Below are positions 42,160 to 51,653 of a stretch of 56,295 nt of DNA, piece by piece. The position numbers were made by a program, and so were the translations under genes. The notes below the pieces were generated by a model, which was not told the DNA's origin, ran no database searches, and saw only the letters and a list, made by a program, of their open reading frames with translations. This DNA comes from a virus. Lineage: Duplodnaviria > Caudoviricetes. Numbering within the stretch: position 1 is the stretch's first letter; each line of letters starts with the position of its first letter. The stretch is from positions 1 to 56,295 of the IMG/VR virus record IMGVR_UViG_3300036832_000712. One strand, written 5' to 3'.

Positions 42160-42381
42160 ATGCGTGAAGGCTTCAAGGAAGTTGTCAGCGGATGGACGCT
42201 GATCAAGGACGTCGATGTTCTTGGTGAGTACATCGAGGCTGCTGCAACTTGGGCAAAAGAAAACGGTCCTCTGGAGAATGATGAAGCGGCTACGGTGAAG
42301 TACATGATTGAGTGTCAGATAGCTCAGGGGATCGAGCGTGGTGATTTCGAACCATACTTCAGCGTAGCTGATAGAGCGTGA
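42160..42381 (+). CDS. Hypothetical protein
   Basis: 73-aa ORF between TerL and portal. Confidence 0.5.
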   Translation: MREGFKEVVSGWTLIKDVDVLGEYIEAAATWAKENGPLENDEAATVKYMIECQIAQGIERGDFEPYFSVADRA

Positions 42382-42396
42382 TCGGGGACTATTTGA

Positions 42397-44910
42397 ATGG
42401 CACTCCCGACCTCCGAACCGCCGCTCAACACGGCCAAGGCCTACCCCGATCCGGACCTCACGCCGCCGGGGCTTACTATTCCGACGCCCACTCCTGCCAA
42501 GGATGCGCCTGATCCCGCGTCTAGCCCGCCGGTCAAAAGAATCTCTCCTAGCGCGCTGGTCACGTTAGGTCAGCGCTTCAACACCATGTTCATGCAATAC
42601 GCCGCCGATAGAAGGATCGTCGAGCTAAGATGGTTGGCGAATCAGCGCCAGTATCTCGGGATTTACGATCCCGAGGTGGAGAAATCCTTCAACCCCAACC
42701 GGTCCAAGGCCTATCCCAAGATCACCCGCACCAAGTGCATTTCAGTGCTTGCCCGCATCATGAATCTCATGTTCCAGGGCAACGAACGCAACTGGGAGAT
42801 TCACGCCGCGCCGTGGCCGGACATCACCTCGCAGGAAGTCAGAGACGCGATCAATCTGGCGCAGGAAAAAGATCAAGCGGCAGGTGTGCCGACGCCCGAC
42901 CCGACCGATGCGTTCGCCTTTAACAACTATGTGATGGAGGCACTCGACCGCTACGCTGATCTGCGTGCCGACAAGCTTAGTACTCTCATTGATGACCAGC
43001 TGCAGGAATTAGGCGGGCACCAGGCGCTGGATTACGTGGCGCTCAATCGCGCGGTGATCCGCTCGGGCATCATGTATGGTCTCGGCGTCCTGCGCGGTCC
43101 GTTCGTGCGCAAGTCGGAGACAGTGACATGGAAGGTGCAGAAGCCCCCGGCGAGTCCGCCCGCACTGTCTCAAATGAATGGGGGCGCACCGCCTCAAATG
43201 AATGGAGCCGCGCCTCCGCCAGGGATGATCGGTGGGGCGCCCATGGCAGGTCCACCTGCGGCGCCACAAGCACCCCCGCCACCGGTGATCAAGCCAGTCA
43301 AGCAGACGACCTTCAAGCCCTACTTTGAATTTTTACCTGTGTGGGACTTCTACCCTGATCTGAGCGCCAAGACGCTGCAGGGCATGGATGGCTACTTCGT
43401 ACGTCACGTCATGAGTCGCACGCAGGTCAAGGAGCTGGGCGGCAGACCAGATTTCTTCTCCAATGTCATCGATTCGTATCTCCAGCGCTACCCGATGGGC
43501 AACTATCGCACGCAGGCGTTCGAGATGGAGCTGCGCGCCATGGGCGTCAAGGTCAACGTCAACGAGATGAAAACCGAGACGATGAAGTATGAGCTCATGG
43601 TGTGGCACGGCTCGGTGGACGGCCGGCTGCTGCAGGAGGTCGGTGTGGAGGTTCCCGAGGACAAGCTTTCCGATTATATCGACGCGGAAATCTGGATGCT
43701 TGATGCCAACGTCATCGGGGCGCGGCTCAATCCCTGGGAAGATTTAACTAAGGAGATGCCCTCGATCCCAACTCCCCCTATGATTCACACGTTCTTGTTC
43801 GACGAGGACGACACGAGCCCTGTCGGCTTCGGGCTGCCGCAAGCGATCAGAGACAGCCAGATGATGGTCGCCGCCGCAACGCGCATGCTGCTGGATAACG
43901 CGAGTGTAGTATGTGGCCCGAATATCGAGCTTAACACTGATCTCTTGCGTCTCGATCAGGATTTATCCGCCATTACCGCGTACAAAATCTGGTACCGCGA
44001 AGGCTCCGGACCCGAGGCGCAATGGCCGGCGGTGCGCAATGTGAGCGTCGACGCGCACCTCGACAGCCTGATGAAGATCGTCGAGCTTGGTTTGCGCTTC
44101 GCCGACAGCGAGACGTTCGTCGGCCCGGCAACGGGTGGCGATCAGGACCGGGTTCCGTCCGAGCCCATGCGCACGGCGGCGGGCGCCAGCATGCTGCGCG
44201 GCGACGCAGCTCTTCCTTTCAAGGATATCATCAGGAGCTTCGACACGTTCACTCAGAGCGTGATCAACGCCATGGTGCTTTTTAATCGCGTGTTCAATCC
44301 GAGTCAGGCGCCCGATGGCGACTACGACGTGGTCGCGCGCGGCGCTACATCCCTCATGGCCAAGGAGCTGCGCGGCATGCAGGCTGACAGTCTCGTACAG
44401 ACGCTCAAGCCCGAGCAGATGATCCACGTCGACGAACGCAAGCTCACCGAGGCGCAGGTCAAGGCTAGAGACATGGACGACATCCTGGTGACCGAGGACG
44501 AGGCATCACGTCGTCAGCAGGCGCAGAGTCAGAGTCAGCAGGAGCAGCAGGATCAGCAATCCAAGCTCATGGAGGCCAACCTGCGCAAGATTCTGTCCGA
44601 TGCGTTCAAGAACATCGCCCAGGGCCAGAAGAACACCGCCAATGCGGATGCTCAATTGGTGGATACAGCATTAGGGATACTGGAGAAAGGAATGCAGAAT
44701 GAGCTCGCAGGACCAGCTGCCGCTGCCGCTGCCGCTCAACCCAGCAACGGAAACGGCGGCGCGGGTGTCCCAGGTGCGCCAGCAGGAGGCGGACTTGCTG
44801 CGGCGCTTGGCCTTGGTGCGGTCGGCGCCGGAGCTAACGGTGGTGCGCCAGCTCCTGGCGGTCCGCCTGGCGCTATGCCAGGGCCGGCTGGTCAAGGCCT
44901 CCCTCAATGA
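42397..44910 (+). CDS. Portal protein
   Basis: 837 aa after TerL; RSKAYPKIT, WDFYPD, LLDNA and RTAAGASML podophage portal-type motifs. Confidence 0.85.
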   Translation: MALPTSEPPLNTAKAYPDPDLTPPGLTIPTPTPAKDAPDPASSPPVKRISPSALVTLGQRFNTMFMQYAADRRIVELRWLANQRQYLGIYDPEVEKSFNPNRSKAYPKITRTKCISVLARIMNLMFQGNERNWEIHAAPWPDITSQEVRDAINLAQEKDQAAGVPTPDPTDAFAFNNYVMEALDRYADLRADKLSTLIDDQLQELGGHQALDYVALNRAVIRSGIMYGLGVLRGPFVRKSETVTWKVQKPPASPPALSQMNGGAPPQMNGAAPPPGMIGGAPMAGPPAAPQAPPPPVIKPVKQTTFKPYFEFLPVWDFYPDLSAKTLQGMDGYFVRHVMSRTQVKELGGRPDFFSNVIDSYLQRYPMGNYRTQAFEMELRAMGVKVNVNEMKTETMKYELMVWHGSVDGRLLQEVGVEVPEDKLSDYIDAEIWMLDANVIGARLNPWEDLTKEMPSIPTPPMIHTFLFDEDDTSPVGFGLPQAIRDSQMMVAAATRMLLDNASVVCGPNIELNTDLLRLDQDLSAITAYKIWYREGSGPEAQWPAVRNVSVDAHLDSLMKIVELGLRFADSETFVGPATGGDQDRVPSEPMRTAAGASMLRGDAALPFKDIIRSFDTFTQSVINAMVLFNRVFNPSQAPDGDYDVVARGATSLMAKELRGMQADSLVQTLKPEQMIHVDERKLTEAQVKARDMDDILVTEDEASRRQQAQSQSQQEQQDQQSKLMEANLRKILSDAFKNIAQGQKNTANADAQLVDTALGILEKGMQNELAGPAAAAAAAQPSNGNGGAGVPGAPAGGGLAAALGLGAVGAGANGGAPAPGGPPGAMPGPAGQGLPQ

Positions 44911-44995
44911 TGTAGCATTGTTGCAAGGCGAAGCGCGCACATTGGAGAAGCTGCTATCCGAGCTGTCCGGTGATCGCGCGATGCGCGATGAGTAG
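44699..44995 (+). CDS. Small post-portal protein overlapping the portal 3' end
   Basis: AAAGGA RBS; LQGEARTLEKLL motif typical of the gene between portal and scaffold. Confidence 0.55.
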   Translation: MSSQDQLPLPLPLNPATETAARVSQVRQQEADLLRRLALVRSAPELTVVRQLLAVRLALCQGRLVKASLNDVALLQGEARTLEKLLSELSGDRAMRDE

Positions 44996-45015
44996 GAAAA
45001 TGTAGGAGATAACTC

Positions 45016-45999
45016 ATGGCACGTGCTCCGCGCGCTGCTGCAGCTCCCGCTGCCGAGCCGGCACCAGCACCGGCACCCGCGCTTTCCGTACCTGTTCCTG
45101 TCGCGCCAGCGCCTGAGCCGCCGGTTGCTGATTCGCCCTCCGAGTCTCCGGTTCCTGATTCGTTCGATGCAGCGTTCGCCGAAGCCGCGGCTGCCGCGAC
45201 TGAGCCGACACCGGCCACGCCAGCCACTGCTGCTTCCCCCGCACCCAAGAAACCTGTACCGCCCGCGCCTAAGCCGGCCGTGCAGGAGCCACCGGCACCT
45301 GCTGAGCCGCCCGCACCTGCTGAGCCACCGGCACCTGCTGAGCCGCCTGCACCTGCTGAGCCGCCGCAGCCGCAGCCTCCACCGCAGCCGCAGCAACCTC
45401 CGCCGCAGCCGCAGGCTCAGCCATACCAGGAGCCGGCGCTCTTCAACGCCGAGGAAGTGGCTCAGCTGCAGACGTTTTATACTGACTGGCCGGATGTCGC
45501 CCGCGCCACCGAAACGATGGTTAAGGGCATCGTGATGCAAACCGCGAGGCGCATGTATCAGGATATGGCGGCGTCGCTGGCGCCCTACTTACAGACTGTC
45601 GACACCCTGGCGGACCGGTCGCAGCTGTCCGAGCTTCAGGGGCATGTGTCTGACTACGACACTGTCGCGTCCCAGTTAACCTCCTGGGCAGCCCGTCAAC
45701 CTGCGTATTTGCGCTCAGCTTATGAGCATGTTATCAAGGCAGGGACGGCGACCGAGGTCGTTGATCTGATCAACCGGTACAAACAAGATCAGGCGTCCAT
45801 GCAGTCCACCACGCCAGCACAAGCAGGTCAGCCGGTACCGGCTACGCCTGCCGCTGCTGCGCCGGCACCTCCACCTGTCAATCCCGCACTCGCTGCAGCC
45901 GCGGCGCGGCTCGCGCCGGTCAGCACCAAGCGGGCCAATGTGGTTGCGCCTCCCGCCGATTTTGACACTGCCTTTGCCGAGTTCGCTCGTGCGTCCTAG
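45016..45999 (+). CDS. Probable capsid scaffolding protein
   Basis: Pro/Ala-rich with FDAAFAE / FDTAFAE motifs near both ends; directly upstream of the major capsid gene. Confidence 0.7.
   Translation: MARAPRAAAAPAAEPAPAPAPALSVPVPVAPAPEPPVADSPSESPVPDSFDAAFAEAAAAATEPTPATPATAASPAPKKPVPPAPKPAVQEPPAPAEPPAPAEPPAPAEPPAPAEPPQPQPPPQPQQPPPQPQAQPYQEPALFNAEEVAQLQTFYTDWPDVARATETMVKGIVMQTARRMYQDMAASLAPYLQTVDTLADRSQLSELQGHVSDYDTVASQLTSWAARQPAYLRSAYEHVIKAGTATEVVDLINRYKQDQASMQSTTPAQAGQPVPATPAAAAPAPPPVNPALAAAAARLAPVSTKRANVVAPPADFDTAFAEFARAS
45286..45357 (+). repeat. 18-bp coding tandem repeat x4 (EPPAPA)
   Basis: gagccaccggcacctgct-type units. Confidence 0.8.
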
Positions 46000-46015
46000 C
46001 CTCTAGGAGTTGAAC

Positions 46016-47083
46016 ATGGTTGCTATCACGAGTTATGGCGACATAAGCCCGGCGGTTGCCGCCTATTCCGTGGTCCGCATGCTCAAGCGGGCGATGCCGT
46101 ATCTGCACATCGAGAAGTTCGGCCAGACCTATCCGCTGCCGACCAACTCGACGCAGACCGCCAAGTTCCGGCGCTACTTCCTGCAGGGCGCGACCGGCAC
46201 GGCCGGTCCAAATGCCGGAGGCACCAACGGCGCCGGGCAACCGTTCTACATCCCGCTGGCGCTGACGCCACTGGTCGAGGGCGTGACGCCCGCGGGCAGC
46301 ATGTTGGCGAATCAGGACTACACGGTTCAACTGTATCAGTACGGCGATTACATCACCATCACTGACGTAATCGAGGACACCCACACCGATCCCATTCTCC
46401 AACAGAGCACCGATATTTTAGGAGAACAGGCGGCGGTGACGGTGGAGACGCTGCGGTTCAACGTGCTTAAAGCGGGCACCAACGTCTGGTATCAGAATCT
46501 GGTTGCGGGGCGAGCGAACGTTGCCGGTGTCATCAGTCTGACCGACCAGCGCCGGGTGTCGACCGGGCTCAACCGGCAGAACTCCAGGAAGATTTCCCAG
46601 GTCGTGGCGTCGAATCCCGACTTCCAGACGAAGTCGGTCGAAGCCGCGTACTTCGCTCTTGTCCACCCCGATCTCGAAAGCGACATCCGCAACATGACCG
46701 GCTTCGTGCCGGTGGCGAGCTACGGGCCACATAGCAGCCCGTTCGAAGGCGAGATCGGTACGGTCGAGCAGACCCGGTATCTAAGTTCGACGGTGATCGC
46801 GCCGTTCCCCAGCTCGGGCGCCGCCACCAGCGGCGGGACGACCTACCGTTCGACCAACGGGGTCAACTGGGATGTGTACCCTGTGCTTTTCTTCGGCCGC
46901 GATGCTTTCGGCATCGTTCCCCTCAAGGGGAAATCCTCGATGACGCCGATGGTGGTCAACCCCAAGCCGGCGCCAGGCGATCCGCTGGCGCAGCGTGGGA
47001 CGGTAGGCTGGAAGTTGTACACCAGCACCGTGATCCTACAGGATGCTTTCATGGCCCGTCTGGAGGTCGCCGCCACGGCGTAA
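46016..47083 (+). CDS. Major capsid protein, N4-gp56 family
   Basis: YGDISP, KFRRY, LVEGVTP, QYGD, HPDLESDIR, GEIG and DPLAQRGTVGWK motifs; AGGAG RBS. Confidence 0.9.
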   Translation: MVAITSYGDISPAVAAYSVVRMLKRAMPYLHIEKFGQTYPLPTNSTQTAKFRRYFLQGATGTAGPNAGGTNGAGQPFYIPLALTPLVEGVTPAGSMLANQDYTVQLYQYGDYITITDVIEDTHTDPILQQSTDILGEQAAVTVETLRFNVLKAGTNVWYQNLVAGRANVAGVISLTDQRRVSTGLNRQNSRKISQVVASNPDFQTKSVEAAYFALVHPDLESDIRNMTGFVPVASYGPHSSPFEGEIGTVEQTRYLSSTVIAPFPSSGAATSGGTTYRSTNGVNWDVYPVLFFGRDAFGIVPLKGKSSMTPMVVNPKPAPGDPLAQRGTVGWKLYTSTVILQDAFMARLEVAATA

Positions 47084-47125
47084 TTCTCGTTCAGTGAACG
47101 GGACTGAGGTAGAGGGAGATTTCAA

Positions 47126-47581
47126 GTGGCCAATCAGACTCCGCATGAGCAGCCCAAGGCCGATCCGCACAAGGCTGATCCCGCACCTGTGCAGTATGTG
47201 GTCAGTCTTACGCCCGAGCAGAACGAGGCTCGTCTCAAACGGGCGGCTGTAGAGCCGCCGCCACCTCCTCAGCAGATGGAGGTGGGTGGTACTGGAACTG
47301 CAAAGGTAAGCTTCAAGGACGTGCATGGTGCTGACGTCAAGGTCGCGTTTGCCACATGGGAATCCGTAGGTCCTGTGACGGTGATACCAGACGACAAGGA
47401 CCCGACCAGCGCCAAGTTGGAGGCAACTGCCCCTGGCCGTGCACAGATCAAGGCCACCACGACGAGCGAGGCTGGTTCGCCGGCGGAAGCAGCGACCGAG
47501 ATCATGGTGATCCAGACGGGTACGCCCGTCGAAGGTAAGATCGAGCTTTCGCTTCAACCGGCCAAAGCCAAGGCGAAGTAG
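47126..47581 (+). CDS. Ig-like domain virion protein (capsid decoration candidate)
   Basis: Beta-rich TWES..VTV...PGRAQIKAT pattern, after the capsid gene. Confidence 0.5.
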   Translation: MANQTPHEQPKADPHKADPAPVQYVVSLTPEQNEARLKRAAVEPPPPPQQMEVGGTGTAKVSFKDVHGADVKVAFATWESVGPVTVIPDDKDPTSAKLEATAPGRAQIKATTTSEAGSPAEAATEIMVIQTGTPVEGKIELSLQPAKAKAK

Positions 47582-47613
47582 GCGAAGCCGGCACAGCATC
47601 GCAGGAGTTTTCC

Positions 47614-48003
47614 ATGCCTACCCAGATCATCGACACCTCACTGCATGTTGCCGCGTTCCCGCCGCAGTACACCGGGCCCGGGAACCTGATCGGCAATCCC
47701 GTGAACTCGCGTGGAGCGGATGTCTACGGTTTCTTCACGTCATCCACCGGCAACGCGGTGCAGATCAACGTCGGGTTCCAGCCGCTGCAGGTTGATGTTA
47801 TCGACGTCGCCGGAGTAGTGACGTGGTCCTGGATGCTTGGCATGCCGCCGACCAACAGCATCAAGACAGCAACCGCTGCCATGACGATCGACACCGGTAG
47901 CGCCATCACGGTCGCTACCGACGTGGCCGGTAATGGCACAGTGACCCTCTCGTCCGCGTTGTGCGGTAACGCCAAAACGATCTGCTACCACGTTATGGGC
48001 TGA
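47614..48003 (+). CDS. Virion structural protein
   Basis: INVGFQPLQVDVI pattern; AGGAG RBS. Confidence 0.55.
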   Translation: MPTQIIDTSLHVAAFPPQYTGPGNLIGNPVNSRGADVYGFFTSSTGNAVQINVGFQPLQVDVIDVAGVVTWSWMLGMPPTNSIKTATAAMTIDTGSAITVATDVAGNGTVTLSSALCGNAKTICYHVMG

Positions 48004-48006
48004 TCC

Positions 48007-48447
48007 GTGGCTATCGCCGGCGTCACCGAGACTGCGATCCTGCAACTGATCTACACTGCCACCGCATGGGCGAACTATGCGGACAACGCCGCTAATAGCC
48101 CGCAGACCAACATCGCGATCGCGTTGCACACGGCCGATCCGGGCACGAGTGGCAACCAGGCGACCAGCGAGGTCGTCTATACGGGTTACGCGCGTGCGAG
48201 CGTAGCGCGTACGATCGGTGGGTGGACCGTGGTGGGTGTCGGCCCCGCGAACTGCTCGCCGGTTTCCAACATCACGTTCCCGGTCGGCGGCACGGGCGCG
48301 GGTGGAACCGTCACCAACTTTACCACAGGTAAGACCGGCGGCGGCGCGACACCGATCCTGTGGAGCGGCACGGTCACGCCGAATATTGTCGCCGGAGCGG
48401 GAGTCACGCCAGTTCTCACGACTGCAACAACTATCACGTTGTCATGA
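48007..48447 (+). CDS. Virion structural protein (tail/fibre-associated family)
   Basis: IALHTADPG...EVVYTGYAR...ITFP motif. Confidence 0.65.
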   Translation: MAIAGVTETAILQLIYTATAWANYADNAANSPQTNIAIALHTADPGTSGNQATSEVVYTGYARASVARTIGGWTVVGVGPANCSPVSNITFPVGGTGAGGTVTNFTTGKTGGGATPILWSGTVTPNIVAGAGVTPVLTTATTITLS

Positions 48448-48614
48448 GCTATGCCGACGATATTGATTGTCCGCGCTGCGCAGAATTACGTGGCCGTGCT
48501 GTCAAGATGCGTACTGTGACGATCGGACGAACGCTGATTAAAACCTGTTACGAATGTCCAAGCTGTGACTATGTGATTACGCTCAGACCTGAGCACTACA
48601 GTGAACCATGCTGA
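48444..48614 (+). CDS. Small zinc-ribbon protein
   Basis: CPRC...CPSC; ATGA overlap with the upstream stop. Confidence 0.5.
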   Translation: MSYADDIDCPRCAELRGRAVKMRTVTIGRTLIKTCYECPSCDYVITLRPEHYSEPC

Positions 48615-49038
48615 CGCATTCCGGCGCTGTCTGATCGAGCTCGACGTCGTCGGGATGTGCGATCTATGGTTTCACATCGCGCCGCATCTGCCGCAGCCGA
48701 AGAACAACGATGAAGCGCTGGCGACGTTGCACTATGCGCGCACCGAGGCTAGGTCTATCCCCCTAAAGCTGCGTTGTTATTCGCATGCTTGGCTGTGCGA
48801 GCGCGGACTGCCGTCAGCTTTGCCTGATCATTGGAAGCCGAAGGCGGCGCGGCTCTATCCGCACAGCGTAAACGCTGTGGGCATTGCCGTAAAAGCAATG
48901 TCGGCGGCTAGTGTTCCCCGCGCCAAAGCGATCGAGAAGGCGATGTCAGATGCGGTGCTGGAATGCTACGCGGATGGCGTCACCGATACGGACGCGATCA
49001 AGGCTCGGATGGCTGCGGCCCGCCACGCCATTGAATGA
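48601..49038 (+). CDS. Hypothetical protein
   Basis: 145 aa, coupled to neighbours. Confidence 0.6.
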   Translation: MNHADAFRRCLIELDVVGMCDLWFHIAPHLPQPKNNDEALATLHYARTEARSIPLKLRCYSHAWLCERGLPSALPDHWKPKAARLYPHSVNAVGIAVKAMSAASVPRAKAIEKAMSDAVLECYADGVTDTDAIKARMAAARHAIE

Positions 49039-50114
49039 TCAGGACACAGACACTCAGCGCAGGCCGGGCCGGTCTGGGATCGGTGGTTGTCACTGATCTA
49101 AATTCCGGCAAGACGCAGCTCGTCTCGAATATCGGAGTCGCCACTTCGCTGCTACCGCCGCTGGCTGCGTTCGCGGCGGTAGGCCGGGCGAGCGGCGCTG
49201 GCGTCGCTTCTTCTTTCAGTACTATCCCGGGCGGTAAGCCAAAGAAGGTCAAGGGTCGTGCGGATGGGGTCGGGGCGGCGCGCGCATCGAGCGTCCGCGG
49301 GTCCGCCGGCTTCGCCACGGCGAGCGGAGCGGGGGGCGCCGAGGGCGCTTCGGCGGTCCTTACGGATGCTGCCGGCGTGGCCTTTGGTGCTGGCACAGGC
49401 CACGCATCCGCGCCATCCATGTCCGGCGTGGCGGCATTCGCGGCCGGCTTTGGCAGCGCGGCCGGAGTAGCCATAGCTGGCGTTGCAGGTTTCGCCGATG
49501 CGTTCGGCGGGGCGCTGGGTGTCGCCGGCACCGGCGTCGTCGGGCTCGCCAGCGGCTACGGGAATGCATTCGCGGAGTATGCCTTTGAGGCCGAGTCGAC
49601 CGGCCTGGCGATCGGCGCCGGGGATGCCACCGCGGCGATGCCTGAGATCGCCGCTGGCGTCGCCGGTGGCATCAGCGGGGCTGTCAGCTCGGGCTCGCTC
49701 GTGGCTGCCGCCGTGGGGGCGGCGCAGGCGAGTGGTAATGCCGTTGGCGCGGCGTTTGGAGCGGTGGTTGCGCGAGCCGGTGGCGTGGGTGCAGCAGCGG
49801 CGGTCGGCGGTGCGATCGCCCAGGCCACTGGCGTAGCTGCGGGTGTTGGCGACCTGAAGGCTGGTGCGGGTTCTCTTGGTCAGGCTCCCGCGACCTCCGA
49901 TGCGGCTGCGGTCAGCTCGACGCTCGGGGTGCGGTTCTCGTTCGGGCAGGCTGATGGCGTCGGGCTCGCATTTGCACCGACGCCGCATATTGGCTTCGCA
50001 TACGGCTTCGCCGCTGGTGTCGGCGCTGCATATGGCAGCGTTCCGTCTCCCAAGCAGCTCATGTCGCTGTACGGGCGCCGGAGCGGCATGAGCCTTCAAG
50101 GGAGTGCCTCATAG
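49035..50114 (+). CDS. Gly/Ala-rich virion (fibre-like) protein
   Basis: Repetitive GxAxGxG pattern. Confidence 0.55.
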   Translation: MIRTQTLSAGRAGLGSVVVTDLNSGKTQLVSNIGVATSLLPPLAAFAAVGRASGAGVASSFSTIPGGKPKKVKGRADGVGAARASSVRGSAGFATASGAGGAEGASAVLTDAAGVAFGAGTGHASAPSMSGVAAFAAGFGSAAGVAIAGVAGFADAFGGALGVAGTGVVGLASGYGNAFAEYAFEAESTGLAIGAGDATAAMPEIAAGVAGGISGAVSSGSLVAAAVGAAQASGNAVGAAFGAVVARAGGVGAAAAVGGAIAQATGVAAGVGDLKAGAGSLGQAPATSDAAAVSSTLGVRFSFGQADGVGLAFAPTPHIGFAYGFAAGVGAAYGSVPSPKQLMSLYGRRSGMSLQGSAS

Positions 50115-50155
50115 CCTGGTGTCTGGTATATTCGCGGCAAATAAGGATTTGCACG

Positions 50156-50437
50156 ATGATGAACAGCATACGCATCGAGCGGGCGCAGAACGGCTTTGTT
50201 GTCTGCATGGATGATCCGGCGATCGTCGCCAAGAATCAGAAATCCGATGGCCCGTACAGGAGCCCGGAGCGTCAATTTGTTTTTGACGATGAGGCTGGCG
50301 TCATCGCGTTCATCACTAAGAATCTCGACAAGATCATCCCGGAGAAAGACGAGTACGCCAGTAGTTTCGACACGGCGGCCAAAGAGGGCGAGGATGAGGA
50401 AGATGAGGATGAGGCAGAAGAGGATGAGGACAAATGA
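50156..50437 (+). CDS. Small acidic protein
   Basis: IRIERAQNGFVV motif and acidic tail. Confidence 0.6.
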   Translation: MMNSIRIERAQNGFVVCMDDPAIVAKNQKSDGPYRSPERQFVFDDEAGVIAFITKNLDKIIPEKDEYASSFDTAAKEGEDEEDEDEAEEDEDK

Positions 50438-50865
50438 GCACAGTGCTTCCTGAGGACAACGAACCGGCGCCGCGCAATGCACGTTCCAAGGTATCCGATG
50501 TGTCGCCTGGTGCGCCAATGGACAAGATGTTGGCGATGAGTGCAGCGTTTCCTGAGGATAACAAGTCAGTGCCACCTGCGCCGCCAACTGGTGCATCTGC
50601 GCCAGTTGCGCCACCCGCGCCAAAGCCGTTGGCGCGGTTCAAGGTCATCCTGGAAGAGGACGCCGCGATCCCGCCGACCGGGCTTTTCATTTCGGCCAAT
50701 GGCAGGCCGTACCTGCTGATGGCCGGCGTCGAGGCACAGGTGCCGCAGGAAGTGCTGAGCGTCTTAAACGACGCGGTGACCTCGGTACCGGTTATCGACC
50801 CGCAGACGCAGCGGGTCACCGGCTATCGTTCACGGCTGCGGTTTCCCTATAGACGGATCGAATAG
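50434..50865 (+). CDS. Head-region phage protein
   Basis: FISANGRPY..GVEAQVP..VL.VL.DA...RFPY motif. Confidence 0.6.
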   Translation: MSTVLPEDNEPAPRNARSKVSDVSPGAPMDKMLAMSAAFPEDNKSVPPAPPTGASAPVAPPAPKPLARFKVILEEDAAIPPTGLFISANGRPYLLMAGVEAQVPQEVLSVLNDAVTSVPVIDPQTQRVTGYRSRLRFPYRRIE

Positions 50866-50872
50866 GTGATCC

Positions 50873-51652
50873 ATGCAAACTGGAGAGCTCCTGGCCGAGC
50901 TGCGGCATCACGTGCTCCGCGATGTTTCCGATCAGGTCGCTGGCGCGTCAGACTATCTGTGGTCCGACAACGGGCTGATCCGATATATCAACGAGGGGCA
51001 GAACCGGTTTGCCCGGCAGACCAAGTGCATCCGTGACGCAAGCACACCTGCGGTGTGCCAGTTTACGACGGTGTCAGATCAGGAGTTCTACACGCTCGAT
51101 CCGCATGTCATCAGCGTGCTGTCGGTGCGGATGACCGGAGACAGGGCCGACATGGCCCGCGCCGGGCATAGTGACCTCGATACCTACCGCCAGCCCGACA
51201 CCTACTTTTTTGATCCAGGTCAACTTTCGAGCATGCCGCCCGGCAAGCCGGTGGCGTGGACGACCGATGAAGGTGTGATCCAGGACACCAACGGCTCCTA
51301 CACGGCGATTCAATTGCGGCTCTACCCGGTGCCGTTGACGCCGTATTCGGGGATTGTCGGTAACATGCGGGTGGCGCGGTTGCCGCTCGTTCCCTTGAGC
51401 ATCAGTCAGCCGGACGGTGTTCCTGAAATTCCAGAAGAGCACCACATGGATATACTGAATTGGGCGGCGTACCTGGCGCTGCGTGGAGTTGACCTCGACG
51501 TCGCCGGTGGTGGTGCCTGGGATCGCGCCAAGGAGTTCCGGGCTGCGTTCGACGACGCGATCAAAGACATGCAGCGAGATGCTCAGTCCAAGATGTTCAA
51601 GCCCCTGCAATGGGGCTTCGGCAGGAACGGATGGTCCTACGAGAGGTACTGA
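50873..51652 (+). CDS. Head-tail adaptor protein
   Basis: LWSDNGLIRYINEG, LRLYPVP and PEIPEEHHMDILNWAAY motifs. Confidence 0.7.
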   Translation: MQTGELLAELRHHVLRDVSDQVAGASDYLWSDNGLIRYINEGQNRFARQTKCIRDASTPAVCQFTTVSDQEFYTLDPHVISVLSVRMTGDRADMARAGHSDLDTYRQPDTYFFDPGQLSSMPPGKPVAWTTDEGVIQDTNGSYTAIQLRLYPVPLTPYSGIVGNMRVARLPLVPLSISQPDGVPEIPEEHHMDILNWAAYLALRGVDLDVAGGGAWDRAKEFRAAFDDAIKDMQRDAQSKMFKPLQWGFGRNGWSYERY

Positions 51653-51653
51653 T

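Noticed and set aside
46016-47083. Assignment as an N4-like phage with a virion RNA polymerase
   Set aside because: The N4-gp56 capsid family is widespread. No RNA polymerase motifs are seen in the window, and the early promoters are sigma70-type.
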